This document shows positions 8,809 to 18,100 of a DNA stretch of 29,541 nucleotides, piece after piece (the first letter of the stretch is position 1; each line of letters opens with the position of its first letter). The notes under the pieces were generated by a model. It ran no database searches. It was not told where the DNA came from and worked only from the letters and a program-made list of their open reading frames with translations. This DNA comes from Bacteroidota bacterium. GTDB lineage: Bacteria; Bacteroidota; Bacteroidia; B-17B0; Aurantibacillaceae. A program made the position numbers and the translations under genes. The stretch covers positions 1 through 29,541 of the forward strand of contig SYEI01000364.1 of assembly GCA_005800865.1 (NCBI GenBank), read 5' to 3'.

Positions 8809-9565
8809 ACTTAAAGCGATAATCATCGACGATTCGCCTCAGGCTCGAAAATTACTTTTAATGATGTTAGAGGAACATTCAAATGACTTAGAAGTAATTG
8901 GTGAAGCTGAGCAAGCCACGCAGGGTTTAGACTTGATAAAGCAGCATCATCCGGATGTGGTGTTTTTAGATATTGAAATGCCCGGAAAATCGGGCATACA
9001 ATTAGCTGAACAATTACTAATTGAGAAAATAAATCCAGCAATTGTTTTTACAACAGCGTATAACGATTATGCTTTAAAGGCATTTCGATTAAGTGCAATT
9101 GATTATTTATTAAAACCAATCAATGAAAATCATTTAGAAGAAGCCATTGAGAAAATAAAAAAATTACATCCGAAAGCGGAAGAAGAAAAAAAATTAAAAA
9201 CTTTTATAGATAATTACGACGATCAACTTCCTAAAACACTGAGCATTCCTTCGGCCTCAGGATATATTTTTATTAAGATTAATGAGATACAATATATAAA
9301 AGCAGATGGATCATACACTCACATTTATTCTTCATCAGAAAAAGCAATTACGGTTTCTAAAAATTTAAAATATTTTGAAACAGCACTTGAAGGGTATTCT
9401 CAATTTGTGAGAGTTCACCGCAGTTATTTGATTAATATTTTTCAGATGAAAAAATTTGACAAACAAAATCGTGGCGAAATTGTGATGAATGATGGTGTTT
9501 TAATAGATTTAGCTAGAGAAAAGCGGGAGGACTTTTTTAATGCCGTAGAAAAATTTATGCTTTAA
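8801..9565 (+). CDS. LytR/AlgR-family (LytTR) response regulator
   Basis: Receiver domain (IIDD, FLDIEMP, FTTAY, DYLLKP) and LytTR domain (IKADGSYT, FVRVHRSYLIN). Overlaps the kinase stop by 8 nt. Confidence 0.93.
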   Translation: MTKLKAIIIDDSPQARKLLLMMLEEHSNDLEVIGEAEQATQGLDLIKQHHPDVVFLDIEMPGKSGIQLAEQLLIEKINPAIVFTTAYNDYALKAFRLSAIDYLLKPINENHLEEAIEKIKKLHPKAEEEKKLKTFIDNYDDQLPKTLSIPSASGYIFIKINEIQYIKADGSYTHIYSSSEKAITVSKNLKYFETALEGYSQFVRVHRSYLINIFQMKKFDKQNRGEIVMNDGVLIDLAREKREDFFNAVEKFML

Positions 9566-9659
9566 TTTTTTAATTTAATCTTATTTGTTTTCTAAAATCA
9601 TTTTAATTACAGTGATTTTTTGGCATTTATCGATTTAGATAATTTTTATGTGGTGTAAA

Positions 9660-9744
9660 TGAGTTTTCTTTTTTAAGAGCCACAAACTCAAACGCGTCAT
9701 TCACAAAACGCTTTTTTTTAGCCTACAGTTATATTTTAGATTTG
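9660..9744 (+). promoter_or_regulatory. Candidate LytTR-controlled promoter
   Basis: CACAAA repeated with 21-bp periodicity (9681-9686, 9702-9707); inverted TGAGTTT/AAACTCA (9660-9666, 9684-9690); -7 element TAGATTTG at 9737-9744. Confidence 0.45.
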
Positions 9745-9768
9745 TGTAAAATTATAAAATCTAAAAAA

Positions 9769-11946
9769 ATGATCAAAAAATTACTTTTAGTAGCGGCCAT
9801 ATTAGGATGTATACAAACAAAAACGAAAGCACAAGCGGGGGCAGCATTAAGTTTTGATGGCACTAATGATTACATTACTATACCAGCCGTATATTCAAAT
9901 GAATACACGATTGAGGCTTGGGTTAAATTAAATTCACTAGCCAATAGAAACATTATAGCAGGAACAAACTCATCAGGCCCTTCTCTTTTTTTATCTAATT
10001 GTTTACGTGTAAATTCTGCCGGTTTATTCGAGCATTATACTTATGATGGTGCTGCCAAAACTTTACAAAGCTCCGTGACGATAACTGCTGGAACTTGGTA
10101 TCATGTTGCAATTAGTGCCAAAAGCAACGGTGTTATGAAAATAGTAGTAAATGGAAACGAAACCATCTCAACATTTTCAGTTGGTACGCTTTGGACCGGC
10201 TTAACATCTTTTAGATTAGGGCAAAATACGTTAGGTAATTTTAATTATTTTAATGGAAGTATGGATGAGTTTAGAGTATGGAACCGCCAATTGTGTATAG
10301 ACGAGATTTTAAATAATAAAGACGGTGAAATATTAACTACTGCGCCTGGTCTTACTACTAATATGCATTTTAATCAAGGTTTATCTGGTGGCGGTAACTC
10401 AACTGTGACTTCGGCCCTTGATGATTCAGGCTTTAATCGAAATGGAACATTAACTAATTTTACATTGTCAGGTACTGCTTCCAACTGGGTTGCCCCTGGT
10501 GCAGTTACTTCAGGAGTTGCTGTTACTTCTTTTGCTTTGCCTACAGTTAGTGTCACCCCATCAGCTACACTCGTTTGTGGTGGAGCTCAAAATACATTTA
10601 CAGCAAGTGGTGCGTTTAATTATAGTTGGTCAAGTTCATTTCCCGGTCAAACAAACACTGCAACCAATATTTACACAATCACAACTGCTAATGTCCCTGG
10701 TAATTGGAATGTACAAGTATTTGGAACTGATGTAAACGGTTGTTATGCTCCTGCGCAGGTTGTTACCTTTAGCACGGTAAACACCCCGGTTTTATCAAAC
10801 GATTTGGGATACTTTTGCTCAGGTAGTAGTTATACTATTTCTCCTACAGTAGCTATCGGTGGTCCGATAACTTCCTATACTTATAGCACAGGTTCAAGTG
10901 TTTTTTCACCAACAAGCACTACAACGTACACGGTAATTGGTGCTAATGCTTTAGGTTGCGTGTCGGGTGTGGCAACAGGTACGGTTGAGGTTTGTGGTGC
11001 AAGTGGAAGTTCATTAAACATGAATGGAACAGATGATGTATTAAATACTGGTATATTATATAGTGATTTTACAAACAGCTGGACCTTTGAATGTTGGGCA
11101 AAAAGTCCAAGTACTCCAACTAGTGGCAAATTTAATGGTCCAATGTATGGCGCAAACATGGGTATTGTTTGGGACCATAATACTCTTATTTATAGAGGAA
11201 GCGCAACAGTACAAGATGCTTCAAATAATTTTTATGGTGCTTCATTCGGCTCTTTATTAGCAAATACTTGGTATCACTTAGCAGCAACGTATGATGGGAC
11301 GGTTTTAAAAGCCTATAAAAATGGTGTATTAACTTCATCTGTAACTACTTTGGGCGGGTTGTCCGCAGCTTCAGGCGGTTTGACTTTTGGTAAACATCCA
11401 ACCCTTAGCCAATTTTGGGACGGAACAATAGATGATGCTAGAGTTTGGACAGTTGCTAGAACTTGTAATGAGATTAATCAAAATATGAATATAGAATTAA
11501 CAGGAAACCAAATAGGATTAAAAGCGTATTATAAATTTAATGAAGGAACTCCTACGGCTAATAATACAAGTATTACCTCAACATCTGATGCTTCTGGAAA
11601 TAATTACAATTGTTCTTTAGCAGGATTTACAAGAAATGGAGCAACTTCCAATTATCTGGTTGGTGCCCCATTTAATAACACATTAAATCCATTATGTTTA
11701 ACAACTGGTATTAATGAAATAAATACAACAAATCCATTTATAATTTATCCAAACCCAACTTCAACTATTTTAAACATTGAAGTAAAAGAACAAGCACAAA
11801 TTTCTATTGTAAATGTTTTAGGCGATGTTGTTTTAACACAAACAATTAATGGTTTAAGTAAAATTGATGTGAGCAGCTTAAAATCAGGCGTTTATTTTAT
11901 TCAAGATTCAAAATCTGGTAAAGCCATTAAGTTTATTAAAGAGTAG
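9769..11946 (+). CDS. T9SS-secreted protein with two LamG/concanavalin-A-like domains
   Basis: Signal peptide (MIKKLLLVAAILG...KAQA). Two LamG-like units (ALSFDGTNDY..YTIEAWVK..WYHVA..MDEFRVWN; LNMNGTDD..WTFECW..WYHLAATYDG..IDDARVW). Thr/Ser-rich Ig-like linkers. CTD IYPNPT...LKSGVYFI...KFIKE. Start set at ATG 9769. Confidence 0.88.
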   Translation: MIKKLLLVAAILGCIQTKTKAQAGAALSFDGTNDYITIPAVYSNEYTIEAWVKLNSLANRNIIAGTNSSGPSLFLSNCLRVNSAGLFEHYTYDGAAKTLQSSVTITAGTWYHVAISAKSNGVMKIVVNGNETISTFSVGTLWTGLTSFRLGQNTLGNFNYFNGSMDEFRVWNRQLCIDEILNNKDGEILTTAPGLTTNMHFNQGLSGGGNSTVTSALDDSGFNRNGTLTNFTLSGTASNWVAPGAVTSGVAVTSFALPTVSVTPSATLVCGGAQNTFTASGAFNYSWSSSFPGQTNTATNIYTITTANVPGNWNVQVFGTDVNGCYAPAQVVTFSTVNTPVLSNDLGYFCSGSSYTISPTVAIGGPITSYTYSTGSSVFSPTSTTTYTVIGANALGCVSGVATGTVEVCGASGSSLNMNGTDDVLNTGILYSDFTNSWTFECWAKSPSTPTSGKFNGPMYGANMGIVWDHNTLIYRGSATVQDASNNFYGASFGSLLANTWYHLAATYDGTVLKAYKNGVLTSSVTTLGGLSAASGGLTFGKHPTLSQFWDGTIDDARVWTVARTCNEINQNMNIELTGNQIGLKAYYKFNEGTPTANNTSITSTSDASGNNYNCSLAGFTRNGATSNYLVGAPFNNTLNPLCLTTGINEINTTNPFIIYPNPTSTILNIEVKEQAQISIVNVLGDVVLTQTINGLSKIDVSSLKSGVYFIQDSKSGKAIKFIKE

Positions 11947-11970
11947 TTTTTATTTTTAAACAATAGAGAG

Positions 11971-12007
11971 CGCTTGTCGGAATTTTTTCGGCAAGCGTTT
12001 TTGTTTT
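11971..12007 (+). terminator. Intrinsic terminator
   Basis: CGCTTGTCGGA...TTCGGCAAGCG stem followed by TTTTTGTTTTT. Confidence 0.8.
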
Positions 12008-12060
12008 TAATACAATCCTAAAATTGTAAAGGTGAAATCTGATTTTTATAGTTTATATTT

Positions 12061-12104
12061 ATGACAATTATCATATACAAGGCATTAATACCTTATTAAA
12101 TTTG
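12061..12104 (+). promoter_or_regulatory. Imperfect palindromic operator plus -7 element upstream of usp
   Basis: ATGACAATTATCAT (12061-12074) and TAAATTTG (12097-12104), with the same spacing as the yiaA promoter. Confidence 0.6.
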
Positions 12105-12141
12105 ATTGGAGTAATTCGCTTAACCCATTAATATTAAAGCC

Positions 12142-12972
12142 ATGAATAAAATTTTAGTTCCTTGCGACTTTTCAGATACATCAAAAAACGCATTAAACTA
12201 TGCGATTGAATTTGCTAAGAATTTATCGGCCGATGTACTATTACTACATGTAGCTCAACTACCTGTTATGAATTCAGAATTTGGTTTAACCAGTTATTCT
12301 ATCCCTAACAATAATGCTGATAACAAAGCATTATTAGAAGAATTAGCTGCAAAAATAAAACAGGAACATTCCACCATTACTAACATTACGTGTTATGCAG
12401 AAATTGGCAATGCTAACGATGTAATTGTAGAATACAGTAAAAATTACGACATCACTTTTACAGTGATGGGCATTAGTGGGCACGGCAATAAATTAATGAA
12501 AGTCTTTTTAGGAAGTACTGCCGTAAATGTTTCTAAAGAAACAACGACACCTTTAATTATTGTGCCACCAGATGCGAGCTACAAAAAAATTGAAAATATC
12601 GCTTTTGCTTGCGACTACGACGAACATATTGAAAAAAACACCTCTCTATTACAAGTAAAAGCACTAAACAGTATTTTAGGCGCTACATTAAATGTATTGC
12701 ATGTCGTTCCCGAAAATCACAATTTAAATTTTAAAGAATCACACATTGATTCATTTGTGGAACATTCTTTAGAAACTGCTACACATAAAACATTTATCAT
12801 AACTGATAATGATGTAAGCGAAGGTTTATTAGAATTTGTGGAATACCACGATATTGATGCCATCATTATTGAACCAAAAAAACATTCTTTTTTTCACAAT
12901 CTATTTTTCCCGAGCATCACAAATGAAGTAGCATTTAATAGCCCCGTGCCAGTAATAACAATACACGGCTAA
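12142..12972 (+). CDS. Universal stress protein (tandem Usp domains)
   Basis: ILVPCDFSDTSKNALNYA; VMGISGHG...FLGSTAVNV; second domain IAFACDY...LNVLHV...PVPVITI. Confidence 0.9.
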   Translation: MNKILVPCDFSDTSKNALNYAIEFAKNLSADVLLLHVAQLPVMNSEFGLTSYSIPNNNADNKALLEELAAKIKQEHSTITNITCYAEIGNANDVIVEYSKNYDITFTVMGISGHGNKLMKVFLGSTAVNVSKETTTPLIIVPPDASYKKIENIAFACDYDEHIEKNTSLLQVKALNSILGATLNVLHVVPENHNLNFKESHIDSFVEHSLETATHKTFIITDNDVSEGLLEFVEYHDIDAIIIEPKKHSFFHNLFFPSITNEVAFNSPVPVITIHG

Positions 12973-14285
12973 TCGTTAAAGCCTTTTCCATATGTTAGTC
13001 GTTTCCACAACCACTCCAAAGGTCCCATTTTAAAGAAGCGAAGATAAATAGTGGAATATGTAATTTGGATAATCCATATACATACAACAAAAAGTAACAA
13101 CCCTTTGGTATCATATTCTCCATAATGATTTAATCCAAAACCAAAAAAGTACAAGGAACATAAAATAGTCTGCATGATATAATTAGTTAATGCCATGCGG
13201 CCAACATTAGCAAACAAAGCTAAAAATGATTTTAACCAATTCACTCTGCATAATAGTAATATAGCAGAGGCATAACTCACCGTTAAAACTATTCGTCCTA
13301 CACCACCAACATGATTGATACTAAAAATTCTAGTTTCCAAGGCGTGTATTAATTCAGATTGTGTATAAACCATATTTAATGCTGACATACCACATAATAT
13401 AATTCCAATAGGAATTCCTATAAATACAAGTCCTCTGTAAACGTTAACATGAATTCTTCCTTGAAAAAATCCAAATTTAAACAAGGCCATTCCTAATAAA
13501 ATAGTTGCAAATGATTCCCACATCGCCATAAAAAACTCTTGAGTATGATAGGGCACTAACTCTTCTGCATTTTTTAAAAACAGATTAGAATAATCTGATT
13601 TCATTTTAATTTCTCTTTCATAAATACTTTCAGTAACGTTATGAATATGATTTTTGGAAAACGGTAAAAAACCACCTAATGTTTCTTTAAAACCATCATA
13701 AGCTGTCCTCTGCTCTTCACTAATTACTTTGTTTTCATTCAATAATTTTTCAGCTGCTTTATATTCTAAGTATGTATCTTTCCGATCTAAAAAGGGACTG
13801 CCGCTAACATATATGGTAACCGATAAAATTAGTAATGACATAAACAACAAATTACGAGGTTTCATCGTACGAAATGCAAATGCAAAAATACCACACATGG
13901 CATATTCATATAGCACATCTCCACCCCACAGCAATACATAAGCATCTACCAAGCCAAAAAACAACAACCATGTCATTCGCTTAAAATACAAATCTGCAAC
14001 TTGTAAAGAGTTATCATTTTTATTTTCGATAAACAGCATCAAGCCTGCTCCAAACAATAAGGTAAACAAGCCTCGCATTTTGCCATCAAATAATATCATA
14101 CTGGTTTTAAAAATAATACCATTGGCAGTTGCTTCACCTTTTAACGCATCATGCCAAAACAGAAAAAATTCGTGTGTAGAAAAACCTGGAATATTCATTA
14201 ATAAAATGCCCAACACGGCAACGCCACGCATCACATCCATAGCTTGAATTCTGTTGTTTAAATTAACGGCGGTGATTATTGACAT
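12969..14285 (-). CDS. DUF418 (YeiB-like) integral membrane protein
   Basis: RIQAMDVMRGVAVLGILLMNI, LFTLLFGAG, WGGDVLYEYA, VGRMALTNYIMQT, FKMGPLEWLWKRLTY. Confidence 0.88.
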   Translation of the reverse strand: MSIITAVNLNNRIQAMDVMRGVAVLGILLMNIPGFSTHEFFLFWHDALKGEATANGIIFKTSMILFDGKMRGLFTLLFGAGLMLFIENKNDNSLQVADLYFKRMTWLLFFGLVDAYVLLWGGDVLYEYAMCGIFAFAFRTMKPRNLLFMSLLILSVTIYVSGSPFLDRKDTYLEYKAAEKLLNENKVISEEQRTAYDGFKETLGGFLPFSKNHIHNVTESIYEREIKMKSDYSNLFLKNAEELVPYHTQEFFMAMWESFATILLGMALFKFGFFQGRIHVNVYRGLVFIGIPIGIILCGMSALNMVYTQSELIHALETRIFSINHVGGVGRIVLTVSYASAILLLCRVNWLKSFLALFANVGRMALTNYIMQTILCSLYFFGFGLNHYGEYDTKGLLLFVVCIWIIQITYSTIYLRFFKMGPLEWLWKRLTYGKGFND

Positions 14286-14394
14286 AAGAATGCTTTATTA
14301 AATAAAACGTAAGTTATAAATAAAAATTGTTCAACGATTAAAAGATGTGACATTTGACTAAACTTGAAAAAACATCTATTTTTACAATCCAACC

Positions 14395-14997
14395 ATGGAT
14401 CTATTCTCCGAAAATCAAATTACCAACTTATTACCTTACGACGGAACCGTATTTTATTACGGTACGGTAATGACGCAAGCAGAAGCTAATCATTATTTTA
14501 ATGAATTGTTTAATAGTATTGAATGGAAAAATGATGAAGCTATTGTTTTCGGGAAACATATTTTAACCAATCGTAAAGTAGCTTGGTATGGCGATAAGGA
14601 TTTTGATTATACCTATTCCAACACTACCAAAAAAGCCCTGCCTTGGACCAAAGAATTACTGGCGCTTAAACAACTGACAGAAGAAAAAACGGAAACTACT
14701 TACAATTCCTGCTTATTAAACTTATACCATGATGGTAATGAAGGCATGGCTTGGCATAGTGATAGCGAAAAAATGTTACAAAAAAATGGAGCTATTGCAT
14801 CGTTTACCTTTGGTGCCGAACGAAAATTTGCCTTTAAACATAAAGCTACAAAAGATGGTACTTCCCTAATTTTAGAACATGGTAGCTTACTTGTAATGAA
14901 AGACGAAACTCAAACTCATTGGCTGCATCGCCTGCCGCCAACAACAACTATTAAGCGTCCTCGCATCAATCTGACTTTTAGAACAATTATGGCATAA
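14395..14997 (+). CDS. AlkB-family Fe(II)/2OG dioxygenase (ALKBH2/3-like alkylated-DNA repair)
   Basis: RKVAWYG, YNSCLLNLYHDG, WHSD (HxD), GSLLVM, WLH, RINLTFR. Confidence 0.9.
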   Translation: MDLFSENQITNLLPYDGTVFYYGTVMTQAEANHYFNELFNSIEWKNDEAIVFGKHILTNRKVAWYGDKDFDYTYSNTTKKALPWTKELLALKQLTEEKTETTYNSCLLNLYHDGNEGMAWHSDSEKMLQKNGAIASFTFGAERKFAFKHKATKDGTSLILEHGSLLVMKDETQTHWLHRLPPTTTIKRPRINLTFRTIMA

Positions 14998-15050
14998 ATT
15001 TAATGCCTCCCTCGAAGAGACAAAACCTATGATGTATACCCTTTAAGGAC

Positions 15051-15076
15051 TGTCAGTTCGAGCATAGTCGAGAACT
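15051..15076. repeat. REP-like intergenic palindromic element
   Basis: TGTCAGTTCGAGCATAGTCGAGAACT, GC-rich with AGTTC/GAACT and TCGA/TCGA arms. Resembles an intergenic repeat I recall from Bacteroidota genomes; only one copy in this window. Confidence 0.5.
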
Positions 15077-15172
15077 CGTCCTCTAAAATTCTCGTTTCTA
15101 ATCACAAATTATATTACTAAATATTTCAGAGAAAACTACCATTTTTATACAGATTTCATTATATTCGTATCT

Positions 15173-18100
15173 GTGCTTAACGGAAACGATATACAACAAG
15201 ATGCAACTTTGAAAATTCAACAGTTAACTCATCAATCTATTGAGTTGTGTAGGAACAATCCCGTTGAAGGTATTAAACAAGCCGAAGAAATTATTGCGCT
15301 AGCCATCTCCATTCAATCTGATTTGGATATTGCCGTTGGCAAGGCTTGCAAGGGCTCTTGTTTAGTTTGGTTAGGGCATTACGACACTGCCTTACAAGCC
15401 TTATTTGAAGCGCTACCTCAACTTCAAGAAATAGGAAATAAAAAAATAGAAGCACATGCACGTTATCATGTATTTTGTAGCTACTACTTTTTAGCAGATT
15501 ATGATAACGCTCTAAAATATGCGCACGAAATGTTACACCGTGCTGCGCAAAACGAAGATTTACTATCTCAGGCAAATGCCTATAACGCTATAGGTACTAT
15601 TTGTTATACAACTGGCGAAAATCAAAAAGCATTAGATGCCCTTTTAAATGGCTTAACAATAGCTAATTCTTTAAATGACAAACATTTACTAGCACGTATT
15701 TTAGACGGTATTGGCACCGCACACTTTAACCTAAAGGATATTGAAAAATCAATTGAGTTTAAAAAGAAAGCTTTAGAGGTTTCTCGTTCCATTGGTTTAA
15801 AACAAATTGAATCGTATGCCATTGATGGCTTAGCAAAATTATATTTAGATGCAAACGATTTAAGTAATGCCGAAAAATATTTGCACGAGTGTTTAGCCAT
15901 ACGTCAGGAATTGGATTTTAAATCGGGTATTGCCGAAAGTAATTTTCAGTTAGGTGATTTGTATTTAAAAATGAATCGCTTAGATTATGCTTTATCACAT
16001 TTAAACAACGCATTAAAAATTGGAATAGAAACCAATACAAATGAAGTAGTTTACAAAACACATAAATCGCTTTACAAACTCTACGAAAAACAAAACAACA
16101 ACACTAAATTTATTGAACACTTTAAAAGTTATTATACATTAAAAGAAGAGTTTTTTAGTGAAAAAAATAAACAGAAACTAAAAGGTGTTGAAATGCAAGC
16201 CAGCATTTCGCAAATGGAAAAAGAAAAAGAATTGCTTAGCGAAAAAAACAAGCAATTAGAATCTCTTTCGAACGACTTAGTGATTTTAAGTGATTTAGGA
16301 AAAACCATAACCTCTTTACTTTCTATTGAAGCAGTTAACAAAACTGCTTACGACATTATCAATAATATGATGGATGCCCATGGTTTTGGGATTGGTATTG
16401 TATCTGATAATAAAACAATATTAAATTTCCCTGGCTACATAGAAAAGGATGTTGTACTTAGCTCTTCAGGCTACGACATAACTGATGAAAATAGATTAGC
16501 GAGCGTTTGTTTTAATAAAGAGTTAGAAATTGTAATCAATGATTATGAATTAGAGGCAGGTAAATTTATTCAGAAACGACTACAACCCGTTGTTGGAGAA
16601 TCTGTTCAATCTATCATTTATCTTCCACTAAAATTAGGTGAAAAAAAATTAGGCGTTTTAACCGTACAAAGTTTTAACAAAAATGCTTTTGACGATTACA
16701 AAGTTAACCTAGTAAAAAACTTAGCCGTGTATTGTGCTATTGCCATTGAAAATGCCACGCTATATAAAAAACTAGAGGAACGTGTAGAAGAACGCACAAA
16801 AGAACTTATTACAGCCCAAGAAACCACACGTATGCTAAGCGTGATTGGTAAAGAAATTATTTCAACAACCGACTTTGATTCGATTTTTCACACCTTGCAC
16901 CAAAAGGTAGGGCAGTTAATGAACGCCGATTGTTTTAGTGTGAGAGTGTATCAAAAAGATAGACATGAAATAGAATATAAATATTCGATGGAGAAAGGAA
17001 AATTAAAAACTCCTTTATCTGTATCGATGAACGATATCGATAATTATTCGGTATGGTGTGTGACTCATAATAAAGAAATTTTTATTAATGATAACCTCAA
17101 CGAATATCATAAATACACAAAAAAAATAGTAGTCCCTTCTGGGGAAATGCCAAATTCATTATTGTTTTGCCCTTTAACTATTGGTGATAAAGTAACAGGA
17201 GTTATCACCGTGCAGAGTTTTGAAAAGAATGCCTATTTGCCATTTCACATGGATGTATTAAAAACATTAGGCACCTACACGGCTATTGCGTTAGAAAATG
17301 CAAACCTTGTTGAAACACTTGAAGAAAAGGTAAACGAACGCACTTCTGAAGTTGTTGAACAAAAAGAACAACTCGAAAAAAGTTTTAGAAACAGTAAATT
17401 ATTAAGTGAAATTGGAAAAGAAATTTCTGCTACATTATCCGTTGATGAAATTATTTCTACTGTTTACACACAAATAAATACCTTGATGGATGCTACCATT
17501 TTTGGAATTGGTATTCATCGTCCCGAAAGCAACGATTTATATTTTTCTGGCTCTATGGAAAAAGGAGAAAAACTAAACTCGTTTGTGTTCGATTTAAAAG
17601 ATGAGAAAACAGCAACCGTATGTTTTTTACAATGTAAGGAGTTTGTAATTAATGATTGGGAAAACGAATACAAACAATACATTCAAAAAGCCTACAAGCC
17701 AGTAGCAGGAGAAGCTCCAGAATCGCTAATTTACATGCCTCTCCTTTCAAAAGGAAAAGCAATTGGCGTAATTACAGTTCAAAGTTTTGCTAAACATGTT
17801 TATAACGATCATCACTTAGATTTATTAAGAAGCTTATCAGTTTATGTTGGTGGCGCCATTGAAAATGCCAACTTATACAAAGGTTTAGAAGAAAGAGTAG
17901 TTGAAAGAACCAAAGAAGTAATGCTTCAAAAAGAACAAATTGAAAAATCGCACGAAAACACACGCTTACTTAGTAAAATTGGTCAACATATTATTTCAAA
18001 TATAAACTTTGATGCCATCTTTGGAGAACTGCATGAAAACATAAGTAAGCTAATGAATGCGGATTGTTTTGGCGTGCGAATCTATCACCCAAAATTAAAT

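Noticed and set aside
10851-10872. AGCTATCGG-TGGT-CCGATAACT hairpin in the LamG gene, sharing half-sites with the nadD palindrome
   Set aside because: The arms are in inside-out order with a mismatch and only 9 bp; compatible with chance in VAIGGPIT codons.
14348-14359. TGACATTTGACT upstream of alkB as a third copy of the shared operator
   Set aside because: The right half-site does not match and the distance to the nearest -7-like element is 29 bp, not 35.
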